From the human T2T-CHM13v2.0 reference genome, Homo sapiens, in assembly GCF_009914755.1 (NCBI RefSeq), contig NC_060925.1: a stretch of 64,000 bases of DNA; one strand, given 5' to 3'. Below are positions 11,091-23,309 of the stretch, piece by piece; the first letter of the stretch is position 1, and each line of letters opens with the position of its first letter. The notes under the pieces are model-generated. The model had not been told where the DNA came from. It saw only the letters and a list, made by a program, of their open reading frames with translations, and did no database searches. The translations under genes and the position numbers were made by a program.

Positions 11091-11714
11091 TGAAATCCTA
11101 ATTTTGAATGAAGTCTCGTAAGGAGCATAGTATATGCTATCCTAGGACAAAATAATGTTTTATCCAAACTTGCATATTGTCCACACTTGCATATTGTCTC
11201 TGAACAGAAACCAATCGATAATTCTTTTTAGAAAATGTTAGTTTTCTTACATGGCTACAACTCAAAAGATTTATTTCAAAATTATTTTTATTAACTTCTC
11301 AATCTATCAAAAAGCTTTACTAAAATTCTTCTTGAACCTCCTTATATTTTCTTCTGTGCCATTTAAAATGTTGGTGAGAAGAACTACAATTAAAAATACT
11401 TATATATTAGTTAGATTACCACTGACACAAAGACTTCATGAAATGAACTTCTCAAGAGGGGCTGTGGGATATTTTTGCTATCAGGTTGTGGGATAGGGCT
11501 ATTAAGGGGCAAGTGACTAATTGTCCCTTACTCAGCTTCCTAACAACTAGAAAGAAGAAAGATCAAGAGAAAGGTAAATGCAGATTAACTGGGGCCTCAA
11601 TCAAATTTTAGGGATGATGGTTCACAAGGTGACTGACAATTCAAATTTTGCTTTCCATTGAGGATTCTGTAGTTTTCAGTTTGTCCATAGGATATTTTAT
11701 GAAGTTGTAAATAA

Positions 11715-11910
11715 TTATAAATAACATTCATTGGGTGCTTACCATGTGCCATCCATCATGGCAAGCTTTTTACATGCATCATCTCAAATAGTTCTCCCAA
11801 TCGACCTAGAAGGACTGTGTGTCTTAGGGGATTTAAATGACTTGTGAAAGGTTGCACAGTTACTGAAGGGCTGGGATGGAAGCTAAGCCTGTGCTTTTAT
11901 CAACAGCCCA
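11715..11910 (-). mobile_element. MIR SINE
   Basis: AACATTCATTGGGTGCTTACCATGTGCCA...TTTACATGCATCATCTCA...AAATGACTTG. Confidence 0.75.
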
Positions 11911-12893
11911 GTGTTGTCTTCTATCCACAGTGGAAAGAACACAAACTGTAATCCAGTTCCATCAGTTACTACCAACGTGACCTTGGGCCTTCTTCACCCA
12001 CTCCCTGTGAAAACTGAATAACGATCTTTTAAACTGGGAGCCCTGTCCAAATGTAACAGATTATTCCAATACTTTTGAGATTTGTTCTATAAGCATTGAC
12101 AGAGTCAGTCCTTACTGTGTGCTAGATCCTATGCCAACTTCTGGGAGAACAGTAGTGTGTGAGACACAACAGTAGTTTTCCTGTCACTGCTGGACTCTGA
12201 CGGTGAGCTGGAGGCCATGCTTCGCTTTCCAGACAGGCCTGGGGCTGCCCCAGCTCTGGCTTTGTGTCGCGGAGCCATGCTACTAAAAGCTTGTCGAGAA
12301 TGGATGCCAACAGCTCCCCAGCTGCCTCATGTTAATGTAATCAGCAAGAAGCCTGCAAACCTGATGGTAGTGCAGAATATGAGGTGAATGATTAAAGTTT
12401 AAAAGGTCATATACCATTGTAATACTGAAAAGAAACTTTATGATTCATCATTCCTGATGTAATGTCATCTGTTTAATAAAGGAGTATTTCACCCACAGCT
12501 CATTTTTAATGGGCCTATTTAAGCAATGGCATTAGGGTTGGATTTTTTCCTTTCCCTCCCAAGCTAAGAGTGGTTTGTATGTAGTATACTTGAAAAAACC
12601 ACAGCAGTTTAGAACTTGGATATTTACAGTATCTTTCAGGCTCCAGCTGACTATGTATTATTTATGCCAAACCACTGTACTCGGACTGAAATATCAGAGA
12701 AAGGCAATCAAGCAGCTGGATATGCTAATACACAAACCATGTCTTACTTAATTGTATGGATGGGAATTTATATGGTGGGCAAATATTGTTATCTGTAGGC
12801 TGGTGTAATGAGCCATGGTCAGAGGGTATGCTGCCCAGGGTGGTGTTTCACTCAAGCAGGAAAATGGAACTGGTAGGCTTGCTTCTCTCAGAT

Positions 12894-13062
12894 CAGTGGT
12901 TCTCCAGTAGAGACAATTTTGTCCCCTAGGGGACCTTTGGCAATGTTTGGAGATGTTTTTTAGTTGTTACAACAGGAGGAGGTTGGGGGTGTTGTTCTTG
13001 GAATCTGGCGGGAAGAGGTTAGGGATGCTGTCAAACAGTTTGCATTGTGCAGGACACTTCCT
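12894..13062 (+). mobile_element. MER20 (hAT-Charlie), 3'-truncated
   Basis: CAGTGGTTCTC...ATTTTGTCCCCTAGGGGACCTTTGGCAATGTTTGGAGA...AGGGATGCTG. Confidence 0.85.
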
Positions 13063-13324
13063 GCTTCAACATATGGGGTAGAACTCAAAAGGCAAGTGGA
13101 CTCTGAGGGAGTAAGGGAAAAGTTTTATAACCTTCTGTGGTAGGCAGAGTGAATTTTATCTCACTTTCTTGGTTCTATTTTTTTCTGATGCTATTACTAT
13201 CTTTCTAAATGAATGTCTTGAAACAGTTCCTCTTCATCTATTAACACACACTTCATGGGAGAGGCGCATGGCATAAGGTGAGAAATGATACAGTGGGAGT
13301 GGCCATAATCTAGAATTTATTAAA

Positions 13325-13450
13325 TGTTGGAAGGTGGGAGCATTGTAAAAAGCTATCTAGTTTATACCTTATCTTTAACAGAGAAGGAAACTGAAGCTCC
13401 AAAAAGGAAATAACTTTCTGAATGTGACCGGCTAATCATGACAAGCCACA
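13325..13450 (-). mobile_element. MIR SINE fragment
   Basis: ACAGAGAAGGAAACTGAAGCTCC. Confidence 0.65.
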
Positions 13451-13929
13451 ATTTTACACTATTTGTTATCTTTGCTCTGAATTTGAGAACAACAGACTAA
13501 CCCACACATAACTCTACTTTCCAAAGACAGCATGCAACTTAACATCTTCCCTAAGCCTCTTTTGGTTCTTCTTTTCCCATCTCTAAATTCACCCCCCTCA
13601 AGATCTCTTTTTGAATATCGCATGACCAAAACCAAATTGCTCCCTGCTATTTCTTACTAACTTTTCAATAGATTTAACTTTTGGCTTTTCATTGGTAGAG
13701 GCAGTGATATTTCTGCTCTGTGGCTTTTTCTCTGTATTCTTAACGTTTTTGTTTGGTTTTGTTTTGTTTTATCTTGGGCATAATACTTGCTCCCTAATGT
13801 TGGTTACCATGGCATAAAACTTCAACTTCTGATGACCACTTAGGTCCTAGGATGGAGAACTCCAGAAGGTTCTCAGAAAGATCAGATATAAGGAAGAGTG
13901 ATGTGTGCAATGCTCCGACTCACTGAATT

Positions 13930-14681
13930 GGTATAAACTGAACTCTCGATTCCCACCCCCTCAGCTTCTCTTCTCCCAATTCTCTCCATCTGAGTAAAAT
14001 GTCAACTTGCACTATCTTGATGTTTAAGCCAAAAAACCTTAAAGGCATCTGTGATTCATTTTATTCTCTTTCTTTCCACATCCAAACACGTGATAAATCC
14101 TATTGAATATAACTTCGAAATATATCCATAATCCATCCATTTTTGGTCACCTTCACTATTTGCATCCACCAAAGTCTAAGCTGCTATCAGCTTTCACTTA
14201 AAATATTGTACTATCCTCTCAAACTGCCTTCCTCCTTCTACCTGGCTGCCTTGTCTCTTCTCCATACAGCAACCAGAGTGATCATTTTAAGGTGTTAGTT
14301 TCTGTCTTAAAGTGGCTCTTCATCTCAATAAAAATAAAATATGAATTGATTTTACCTTACCAAATTTTATCTTACCAAAACCCACAAGATAATATTTACC
14401 TTTGCACCTGTCTGCCTCTCTGATCTCAGCTCCCAGGACCTTTCCTTTTGTTCTCCATACTCTTTTAGTGTGTTCTCCAAATATCAAATGTGCTCTCATT
14501 TTGGGACCTTTGCACTTTGTTTCCTTTGTCTCGATCATCCTTTCTTTACTCAAATTCCATTTCATCGAGAGAGCTTCCCTCATCCTTCCATCAAATGTAG
14601 TACAGGCTGTCCCCCACTCCTCTGTCATTGTATATCATCCTGCTTTATTTTACTTCCTAGTACTTAGTATCTCCCAAAAAA

Positions 14682-14752
<71 letters not shown>

Positions 14753-14872
14753 AAGCACTCCATAAGGGCAGGATCTATGCTTGTTTTGTACTTAAAGTAA
14801 AGCGGTGACAGGCACATGACAGGCACCCAGTTTTGAGTGAGTGAGTGAATGAATGAATACACAAATGAATGA
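13930..14872 (+). mobile_element. L2a LINE 3' region
   Basis: CTCCATACAGCAACCAGAGTGATC...GGGACCTTTGCACTT...CTCCATAAGGGCAGGA...TGAATGAATGAA tail. Confidence 0.85.
14684..14749. repeat. Compound microsatellite (GT)16(GA)17
   Basis: Read directly from the sequence. Confidence 0.98.
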
Positions 14873-15159
14873 ATTGGTTATTTTTCCTTTATTATTTAAC
14901 AACCAATATGCCATGCTGCTTAGAAATCTTTATCTTCATAATTTGAATAGGGATAGGCTGTACCAAAACTGTTCGTGTCTAGTAGTAGTAAACCTAACTT
15001 CCAATTCAATATTTTGGGTGTTCAGTCACTTCTGGGTCTCAAATTTGGAAGAGCTGCTTCAAGGGTAAGACACTGGCTTATTATTTATCTGCACAGATTT
15101 TTTGGCTGGGTCCATGTCTATATATTTACTTTTATTTAATTCTTTTTTTCTTCTTTGAC

Positions 15160-15560
15160 TGACCTTCCTTGAGATGTTATATTTGAATATCACCCACAAA
15201 TTTGATGATCATGACTTTAGTGTGCCCTATTCAAGGTTAATGGTAATATTGCTTAGTAACCTCAGAGGTGCCACATCCATGCCCAAACTCCTTGGGTTGC
15301 CAATTATTATCACTCTCTCTTCAGTATAGGTGGAAGCATTGAAGACCGTTTCAATTGGCAAAGGCTGATATAAAATAGCTTTGCCACTAACATTTTATGA
15401 GAGATCCTGTCGCAAGTGTTTTACAAAAAGGCAGAGATATAAGATCCCTTGCCTTCCTTTCATCTGCTAATTTGAAATTACGTTGTAAAAGGCTATGAAG
15501 TTTGTCGGGTGTGATTTGTTCTTTAAATGCCCTTGCTGCTTAATCTTCATGAAATCCTTA
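15160..15560 (-). mobile_element. CR1/L3 LINE reverse-transcriptase remnant
   Basis: Minus-strand translation fragments resemble CR1 motifs: KNKSHPTN (cf. KNKSCQTN) and MIIKFVGD (cf. KFADD). Confidence 0.65.
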
Positions 15561-15968
15561 TTAAGATGCTGAATGATCCTTAAACAGGATTTTTTTTTTA
15601 AAGGCACAAAAAGAGAATGTATAACAACAGCATGTCTGATGAGCAGATTGACAGTTATCTTGGATAAATGGATGCATGGGCCATGGAGGACTCTGGTGAA
15701 CTAATGTAGTTCATCTCTAATTTTTGACCTTGGTTAAAGTTTAGTTTAGGACTAGTAGATTTAGAAGAGTATCCTGATATTTATTATAGCAGCAATACAA
15801 ATAATAGAAATATATCAGGTTCAGTAACTTCTTTTATTTCCAGGACCCCAAGTATTTATATACGTTGCTTTTTTTTAAATTTTCATGTTATTTTTGTGTC
15901 TTCTGGTGTGGTTCAAGACCTTAATTCTAGTCCTGGCTTTGTTACCAGTTGACTATGTGATTTTAGAT

Positions 15969-16190
15969 CAGAGGTCAGCAAACTTTCTGTAAAGGATCAG
16001 ATCACAAATATTTTAGGCTTTCAGGGTCATATGGTCCCTGTTGCAGCTACTACACTCTGCTCTTGTGAAATGAAAGCAGCCAGATATAATATGTAAATGA
16101 ATGAGTATGGCTGTTTTTCAATGAAACCTTGTTTACAAAAAGAGGCCATGAGCCAGATTTGGTTTGTGAGTCATAGTTTGCCAACTCCTA
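15969..16190 (+). mobile_element. MER58A inserted into a MIR (about 15905-16260)
   Basis: CAGAGGTCAGCAAACTTTCTGTAAAGG...TAGTTTGCCAACTCCTA; degenerate 8-bp TSD TTTTAGAT/GTTTAGGT; MIR sequence continues on both sides. Confidence 0.9.
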
Positions 16191-17184
16191 GTTTAGGTAA
16201 TCGATTTAGTTTCTCTGGGCCTTATTTTCTCCATTCATCAAATATGGTGGCTGAGCTGGAAAGTGTTCAAGTTATAGAGTTATTTGCTCCTACATTCGGG
16301 ACTCATCTACTAGAAGTTTTTCTAGTGCTTGAAATTATGGTATGCTGTACATTCAAAGGTCATCACTAGGACTGGTATGTCTCATTTTGGTCCAAACACC
16401 AACCAGGGAGCAAACATTGAGGTGGGAGCTTCCTTTAAAATTCAAAGACATAGTGGACTCAGTCCCTAGATGAGTGCCGAAAGATTTTAAACTAAACATA
16501 CTACTTCCACCATAAGATGAAGAGTTTCAGGATTCCTCAGGGATTGGGGCAAAGGGATAATGCAAGAAGAGCCCCAGTATTATTTTTCCTACCTTACATC
16601 TCATCCTGACATGATCGTGTCCCAATCCCCACACCATCACTTGTCCAAGCCTCATCATTCTCCAATCAAACCGTAATGCTTAAACCAAGTCTCCACATGC
16701 TCAAAGAAGAAATCCTTTGGAGACTTCTCTAAAGGTTGGATTATGAGCACAAAACTGTCACTCAAAATTTTCCCTTTGTGGAGAATGTGGGAGAGTATGG
16801 CAGGGGGTTTTCTCACCTGTCATTCACTTGGAACATATCTTTGAAAATCAAAAGCACATAATGAGTTCAGACCTCAAAAAATTATGCATCCTTTATTCTT
16901 CTTTAATATGTTGTTTGAGTTAGGGGACCAACGGGGATAACAGTTCTATTGGAGAACTTTAAGGAAATCTATTTATTTGTCAGGTTCATGTTAAGCAACC
17001 AAATGCTACTTCCATTCAAATTATGTCATATTTTTTAGTTTTCCAGACTCTCAACTAGAAAAAAAATGTGTTTCTAAAAACCTTTTTAAAAATAAAGCAG
17101 TTAGATCCTCTAGAGTAAACCTGTGTTTTGGTCACAAAAGTTAGGTAGGAAAGGAGGGAAAGGGTTAGCGAAGATACCTGACTA

Positions 17185-17365
17185 TGTAATATAAATATTA
17201 CTTTAGCATATGTGCCAGGGGCATTGCACACACTCTCATTTAATCTTATGCTAATGAAGTAGCTATTGTTTTCTCATTTTACATATTGGGAAACTAAGCT
17301 TTAATAATTTTCTAAGGTCACAAAAATTTTAAATGACAGAACAAGTTTTTAATCCCAAATCTCTC
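17185..17365 (-). mobile_element. MIR SINE
   Basis: CTCATTTAATC...CATTTTACATATTGGGAAACTAAG...AAGGTCACA. Confidence 0.75.
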
Positions 17366-18027
17366 TATAAACAATGTTCCAAAACAATTTTTAAAATAAT
17401 TCTAATGGGGGCTAATCCAGTTAATAAGAATCTGATTACCCAATGGATACTTACTGCATAATGGACAGCATTTTTAATGGGAAGGGTCTCAGTTACAGAA
17501 AATATCAATTTACTAAGTATAGGCGGTGACTTTAATCTTCAAATAAATAGTATCCTAGTGTGGGCCTACTGCACTATTTGGAGAGAATTTTAAAAATTTG
17601 AATGGCATTAAAATTTTAAATTGAATTAGATGAGCAATCTTTAGTTTGTAATAGTGCCCACTAATGAGTAAACTCAAAATCAGTTAAGAAGCCAGCCCAG
17701 GTTGATCTGCCAATATGGGATAGAACCAGGACTGGACCCATATCATTCAAAGTCCCAGCATTCTTTCTACCAAAATCAAAAAATGCATACCATTAGCATA
17801 AGAGATAGTAAGAAAGAATGTTAGGAAAGCAGGGAAACTGTGATAGGATAATGCAACTTTCTAAAGGTTGGAAGAGAAAGCAACCTGGAATGGAAGCCCA
17901 GCTGTGTGGACTGTGTGGCAGGAGGTGCAACAATAATGCAGACTTACCTTCAACTGGCTCTGTAAATTGTATCTCTCAGTGCCTCTATTATTTGTTTTTA
18001 ATTTGTAAGATTCAAGGGTTAGATTAT

Positions 18028-18239
18028 TAGAGATTAAAAAATGGTGACCTGGAAAACAAATTAAACTCAGGAGTGAGTTTTGTTTATACTGTACAATGTT
18101 TTACTTTAAAACAATGAGTTTAGATGTGAAATGAACTCCCCAGTCCTTATCACTCCCATTTGTCTTGCACCCCACTGGCCTCTTCACACTTTATGTGATC
18201 TGCCTGGCCACTAGCAATTCTTTGCCTTTGCAGACCCTG
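18028..18239. mobile_element. MER102-type hAT element
   Basis: CAGTCCTTATCACTCCCATTTGTCTTGCACCC...CTGCCTGGCC...TTTGCAGACCCTG. Confidence 0.6.
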
Positions 18240-18399
18240 CAAACAAACAATCAAGTTCCGGAAGAGCTATTATGGTCTCTCATTCTCTAATTTACCTGGT
18301 TAGTGAGAAAAGGTTTGGGGCTACGTTCTAAAAATAAGTTACCCGGAAATTGGTTTAACAAGAAAAATATCTTCATATCAAAGCGGAGGAAAATCTACT

Positions 18400-18650
18400 C
18401 AGCACACACAAAAATGTAGTGAGATCTCTCCTAGCCATGGCAATTTCCAGGTGGATGACAGGAGGGAAGGACAATGTTCCCAGTGAAGCCGAAGCTGGAA
18501 TCATGAAAAACTAAATAGAATTACCTAAACTGGAATTTGGCCAAGGTTTAGGGCTACCACCTGTGCAAGCTGGGGTGACCTGATCAAGGAAGTTGTAGTT
18601 TTCCTGCGATAAATGGGCCTCCTGAAAGTTCAGCAATCTGGAACACAGGC
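18400..18650 (-). mobile_element. AmnSINE1-like (Deu-domain SINE) remnant
   Basis: GACAGGAGGGAAGGACAATG...TGAAGC...GGAAT...AATTACCTAAACTGGAATTTGGCCA matches my recall of antisense Deu core AATTACCCAAG.TGGAATTTGGCCAG. Confidence 0.6.
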
Positions 18651-18869
18651 TGGGTGGATTTGACAGAATACTTCCCTTTGAGCAGTGCCGCTTGGCAAAT
18701 ATCCTCTTCAGAGAAGTTTTAGCTTCACGAGTCAGGTCTGTTTACTTCAAGGCAGTGGATGATTTTAATTTTCATTAGCCTTCTGTCAGTGACCCCAATT
18801 CTGCTGAAAAGGCCAGTGTCCCTCCAAATTCTTGGGATACAAGGGCTTGCATATCTCACTTCTTGTATT

Positions 18870-19012
18870 GTGTAGCTTTTAGATACATAATCTCATTCCA
18901 TCCTCACCACAAACTAATAATGTAGGCAGGCAGGGAAGGAGTGCTTATCTCTAGCATAGAGGTGAGTAAACTGGGACTCAGGGTTTCTGAGCCAGACCTC
19001 AATCTAGGTTCA
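18870..19012 (-). mobile_element. MIR SINE fragment
   Basis: ATCTCATTCCATCCTCACCACAA...AGAGGTGAGTAAACTGGGACTCAG. Confidence 0.65.
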
Positions 19013-19319
19013 CACATTTGCTGCCTGTGATGTTTCCTTTGTACTGTGGCACAAGTAAATGGAGTTCTTCCAGGGTTAATGGCAACAAGGTAAGTTGTAT
19101 CCATTCATAGACAAGGCAATTGTAATAACCTGAGCAAACACAGTTAAATTGATTATTGAGATTAACAAACACAGCCATGACATTAGAGCCTCTATCGTGA
19201 CCTCCTTTCTTTCTTTCCTTTTCCCTGTATTGGTGAACCATGCCCTTAGAGGCTCAGTCACCAATGCCAGAAGGAGGTTATCTCCAACTTCTCCTTTTCC
19301 TTCTGGTTCTTTATCCTGG

Positions 19320-19925
19320 TGAAACAGTTCCCTTGACTAGGGTACATACCCTGGCTCTTGGTCTTGGTGTAGAAGGAATTCAGGACACAGACACACATGA
19401 GGAGTGGGTTTTGGAGCAGAAAATTCAACAGAAAAAGTAGAAAAGAGAGAGAAAAAGAAGGAAAGAGAGAAAAAAGCTGAGAAAGCCCAAAAGAAGATCT
19501 CCTAGCAGAGAAAAGGAGTGGTTGGTGCGAATGCGCCATTTTATAATACAGTTTGGGGAGGCAGTGTCTGACTTACATACGGCTCATAGATTGGTTTGAT
19601 TAGTTATGACATCTACGTAGTGTGTGGGGAAGGCTGGTCCCCCACGCTAATCTTATCATGCAAATGGGCATTCCAGTTGATCAGCGCCATCTTATCTGCT
19701 TCTTACTGCACACATGGCTGACAAAGAGAAGGGAAGATGGAGCCGCCATCTTGAACTTGATTGGCACAACTGCCGGTATCTAGGTCTGCAGCTGGATTTT
19801 ACAGGCTGCTCTTTGTTAGAAAGGAAAATAATTTGGGGCTGCTTTTCATTAAAAAGAAAAGCCTTACGGAGGACTCCCATACCCTTGCTATCTGCCTAAG
19901 TAATTTCTTCTTAACTCCTGTATCA
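19320..19925 (-). mobile_element. Solo ERV1 LTR, LTR9 family
   Basis: TG...CA termini; exact 4-bp TSD CTGG; minus strand starts TGATACAGGAGTTAAGAAGAAATTACTTAGGCAGATAG; 606 bp. Confidence 0.85.
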
Positions 19926-20129
19926 CTGGTGGCCACTGAGTTCTGAAGAACCACCTTCCTTTTATCTCTTAATGCATCTTCTCTCATCCCCACTGATAGT
20001 GCTAGTATATCAGATCCCACTACTTCTCTCAAAGGCTGTTGAGGTAGCATTTCCACTGGTCTGTGTAGCTTCTGGCTTGTACCTCTACAATCACTTTATG
20101 TCTTTCCTAATCCACCTTTCCCCTCCCCA

Positions 20130-20510
20130 GTAGAATGGCCCTGTCTTTAATGATTCCCTCCATGGAGCCCTGTACATCCAGGGAAGCATCTGTAGCATGT
20201 TATTATCAATGTTATCTTTGTATGTCTGTCTCCCTGGCTGGACTAGAAGCAACTTAAGAAAAGGGACCCTAACTTATCCCTCATTGTATCCCCATTGACT
20301 AACTATCTGGCAATAGTAGGTGCTTAAGCCCTGTTTGATAAAAAGAACAAGCAAATATTTAAAAGGTCCCATTATATTCCAGGCACTTTGAGAGATGTGA
20401 AGGATAAAGTCCCCCTGTGGAGTTCATAGTCTAGTGCTGACATCTAAGCAGATAACCATGATAAAGTTTGATAAGTGCTTTAACAGAAGAGGAGCATTCT
20501 GTGGGAGCAA
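20130..20510. mobile_element. Two tail-to-tail L2 3' fragments (+ then -)
   Basis: GTCTGTCTCCC...TAGTAGGTGCTTAA followed by CAAATATTTA...CCAGGCACT...GGAGTTCATAGTCTAG. Confidence 0.7.
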
Positions 20511-22007
20511 GGGGTGAGCACCAGAGCTGTTCTCTCTTTCCACCACTTGTCCAGAGGGAAGAAACCTGAAGGAGCATCTTCCTGGCAGTCCTTTGGCTCC
20601 CTTTTCCTCCTCACTCCCCAGCACTATCAAGCATGACCTGGCACATATTGCTAACAAGTTAAGCAGAAGCATTTCTCTGGAACATCGGCATCCACTTTGT
20701 TGAAATCCATTAATTCTAAGCTTTAACACCCTTGGCCGGAAATAGCTCAGAAACTTATGGGGGAATAAGAAAAACAGATTGCCTGGTCACAGTCACGGGG
20801 AAGATATTAATATTTCCTTTCGTGGGTAGCTCTTTCTCTACATCCTTTCTCCATCTGCCTGTACCTCAACCCCCACCACCAAAATAAATGTTTTCCAAGA
20901 ATCTACGAGACGATATTTGAAAGTAAATCAAAACGTAGACAGAGGGTCAACGAAAAAGGATAAAGCTGCCACGTATATGTGTCTAAGGCAGTAAATGGGG
21001 TAACTTGTTATATTATTTACAGTCTCCATAAAGACAGGGCCCTTGTTGCTCAGACAAAGCCCTGAGCTTATTAATTGCCAGCAAGGTCTTTCTACTCCTA
21101 GGTTTTTCTGCTGTTGATGGGGGTGGCAGGGAGAGGGTTAACTCTCTTTCCCTGTCTTTCTTTCTCTCTTTCTTTTTGTCCAAGTAAGCTTTAGGGTCTA
21201 GGGGAAGGGTTTGTTAAGCCTCCAGATTTCTCTGCATTATGTCCAGGTGGCATGACGTGTGAACAGACGAAAGATTAAAATCACCGAGGAAATCGCTCTG
21301 TCTGAGCCCAGATCACGACGCCTTTCAGTGACCCAGCGACCCAAATGCTATCTGTCAACTTGTCCTTCCAGCGACTTTTCACCCCATGCTCTGTGGCTGC
21401 TACTCCAGAAAAAAAGAAAAAAAAAATCAGGAGTTAGAAGGAGGAGGGAGGGATGGAGGAAACTAGGATAAAATACTGCCTTATTACTAAAGACTCTGCA
21501 ATGCAGGTCAAATGTGGGGCAAGGGAGCCTTGTAACAAACCAAATACTTTTTCCAGATCTTCATTCCAGAATGTTTCCTCACTCTCTACTGAAACTCTTA
21601 GTTCCTTCAGGAAATATCACACAAAATCATAGGCTCTGCTTTCCCCAAACAAATACTAATTCCTAGCAAGCCCACTGAGGATGGAGATTTTCCTGAGTTT
21701 CAAAAAACTTCCTACAAAATCTGCTTTGTCTTTGCTCAGGTGCTTAATGAGTTAGAGAGGTAACCAAGCTTCCTTTGCCTCCCAGGCCTTGCCAGACTAG
21801 GTTGCTTTTTCTGGGGTAGGAGAGGTGAGATTAGGTGAGATGAGAGAAGGAGGTCAAAACATACACTGCGCAGATATTTTTACAAAGCTGACCACTCAAA
21901 TTAAGAGCCTGCTTCTTAAAAGCCTGCAATAAAACTGGGTTGGCAGCAGAGCCAGATGGAGACTTCATATGCCCCAAACAACACAGACTACTCATTCCTC
22001 TAAGTCC

Positions 22008-22083
22008 TACATTGAACTATATGAAGTTATCTTCTGCAAATAAAAATAGTCAAGTTTTGGTAATTTCTTATGGTTCAAACTAA
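22008..22083. mobile_element. MADE2-like mariner MITE
   Basis: TTGAACTATATGAAGTT ... AATTTCTTATGGTTCAA inverted termini, about 76 bp. Confidence 0.7.
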
Positions 22084-22434
22084 TTCAAAATATAAATAGT
22101 ACCAAATCATAAGTTAGAGAAATATCAAATATCTTCTTCTTTCAAATAAGTGGTTTTGATGCCCTGCTCTGTTCGTGTCTTAAGGCTGTGCTTTGTCTGC
22201 CTACGGGGTAACTCGGCACTGCTGGGTCCACTTCTACGTTAAAATAAAAGATAAAATAGAAGCCACTTAGCACAGTTTCTTAACAAACCTGCAATTTTTT
22301 TTAAAGACTTTGACAAGTAATACAGTAAAAATACATCATTTTAAGTAGTCATTGTATGTATTAAGGCCTTTGTTGAACTTTTTGATATTTAGGAGTTTGC
22401 ATAAACCTAAATGTTAGTGTGCTCTTTTACTTGT

Positions 22435-22582
22435 TACCTTTTTCTGTCCTAGGATTTTATCCAGGATTCCATATTACATTTTGTCATCATGTTTCTTTAA
22501 GCTCCTCTTGACTAAGACATTTCTCAGGCTTTCCTTGTTTCGATGACCTTGAGAGTTTTGAGGAGTATTGGTTAGGTAGAAT
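22435..22582 (-). mobile_element. L1MC-type 3'UTR fragment
   Basis: CCTTTTTCTGTCCTAGGA...TTTCTCAGGCTTTCCTTG...GATGACCTTGAGAGTTTTGAGGAGTATTGG. Confidence 0.75.
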
Positions 22583-23309
22583 ACTATATAGCATTTATAT
22601 TGTAAAATCTATATAGCATTTAATATATGTTAACTTCATTTAATGTAATAAATATTTCTTTAAGTCATCACTTACTTTTTCAGAAGCATTATTTTAATGA
22701 CTGCACAATATTCCACTGATAATTGTGAAATTTAGATGTTTTTCTAAAGAAAACAAAATGGCTTTTTTACTGCATGTTTTTTAACATTGTCTGCTGATTA
22801 ACATGTAAGGGATAGCATTCATTGGGGAAAATATACATATATAATAAATATATCCTGGTGGTGATAATTTTTACATTCTTGTTTGACTTCTGTCCCAGTG
22901 CAGTATATAAATCTGGGCATACATATACTCCCAAAAAGAAATAATCTTGAGACATATTATCCTTAACCCAGAACTTAATGCCTGTCAGTCACTACTGCAT
23001 GCATTTCCTTCCTGAGGCCAAGGTTACAGAGTGCCAGAGTTGCAAATGTAGATCATTAGAGTTTAAGTGGAAGATACCTTGTAGATTCTTCCCTGTAAGG
23101 TTTGTATTGTCCTAATTCTGTAGAAAAAAGTCACTCATTTATTTTTGTAGAATTGTTTACCCCTGGGACTTGGGGTCATTCAGTCATAGAAAGGCTGGTT
23201 CACTTTCATATTAAAGGCTTGGGAACAACTACTTTAAAAGAACCCCAGCCTATAAGGTTTACATCATCTTCATCCAACTAATTTCCTCATCTCACAATGG
23301 TCCTCAATG

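Noticed and set aside
11168-11198. Short tandem duplications (period 17 here; 16 bp at 51763-51794; 24 bp at 52736-52783)
   Set aside because: Ordinary slippage or repair duplications
14320-14862. ORFs with VCVC/ERER or THTH/SLSL runs
   Set aside because: L2 plus microsatellite
15600-15710. Possible inverted CR1 fragment next to the L3 remnant
   Set aside because: Similarity too weak without an alignment
17942-17950. Isolated consensus splice donors (also near 43635, 47749 and 50100)
   Set aside because: No convincing partner acceptor; expected by chance in 64 kb
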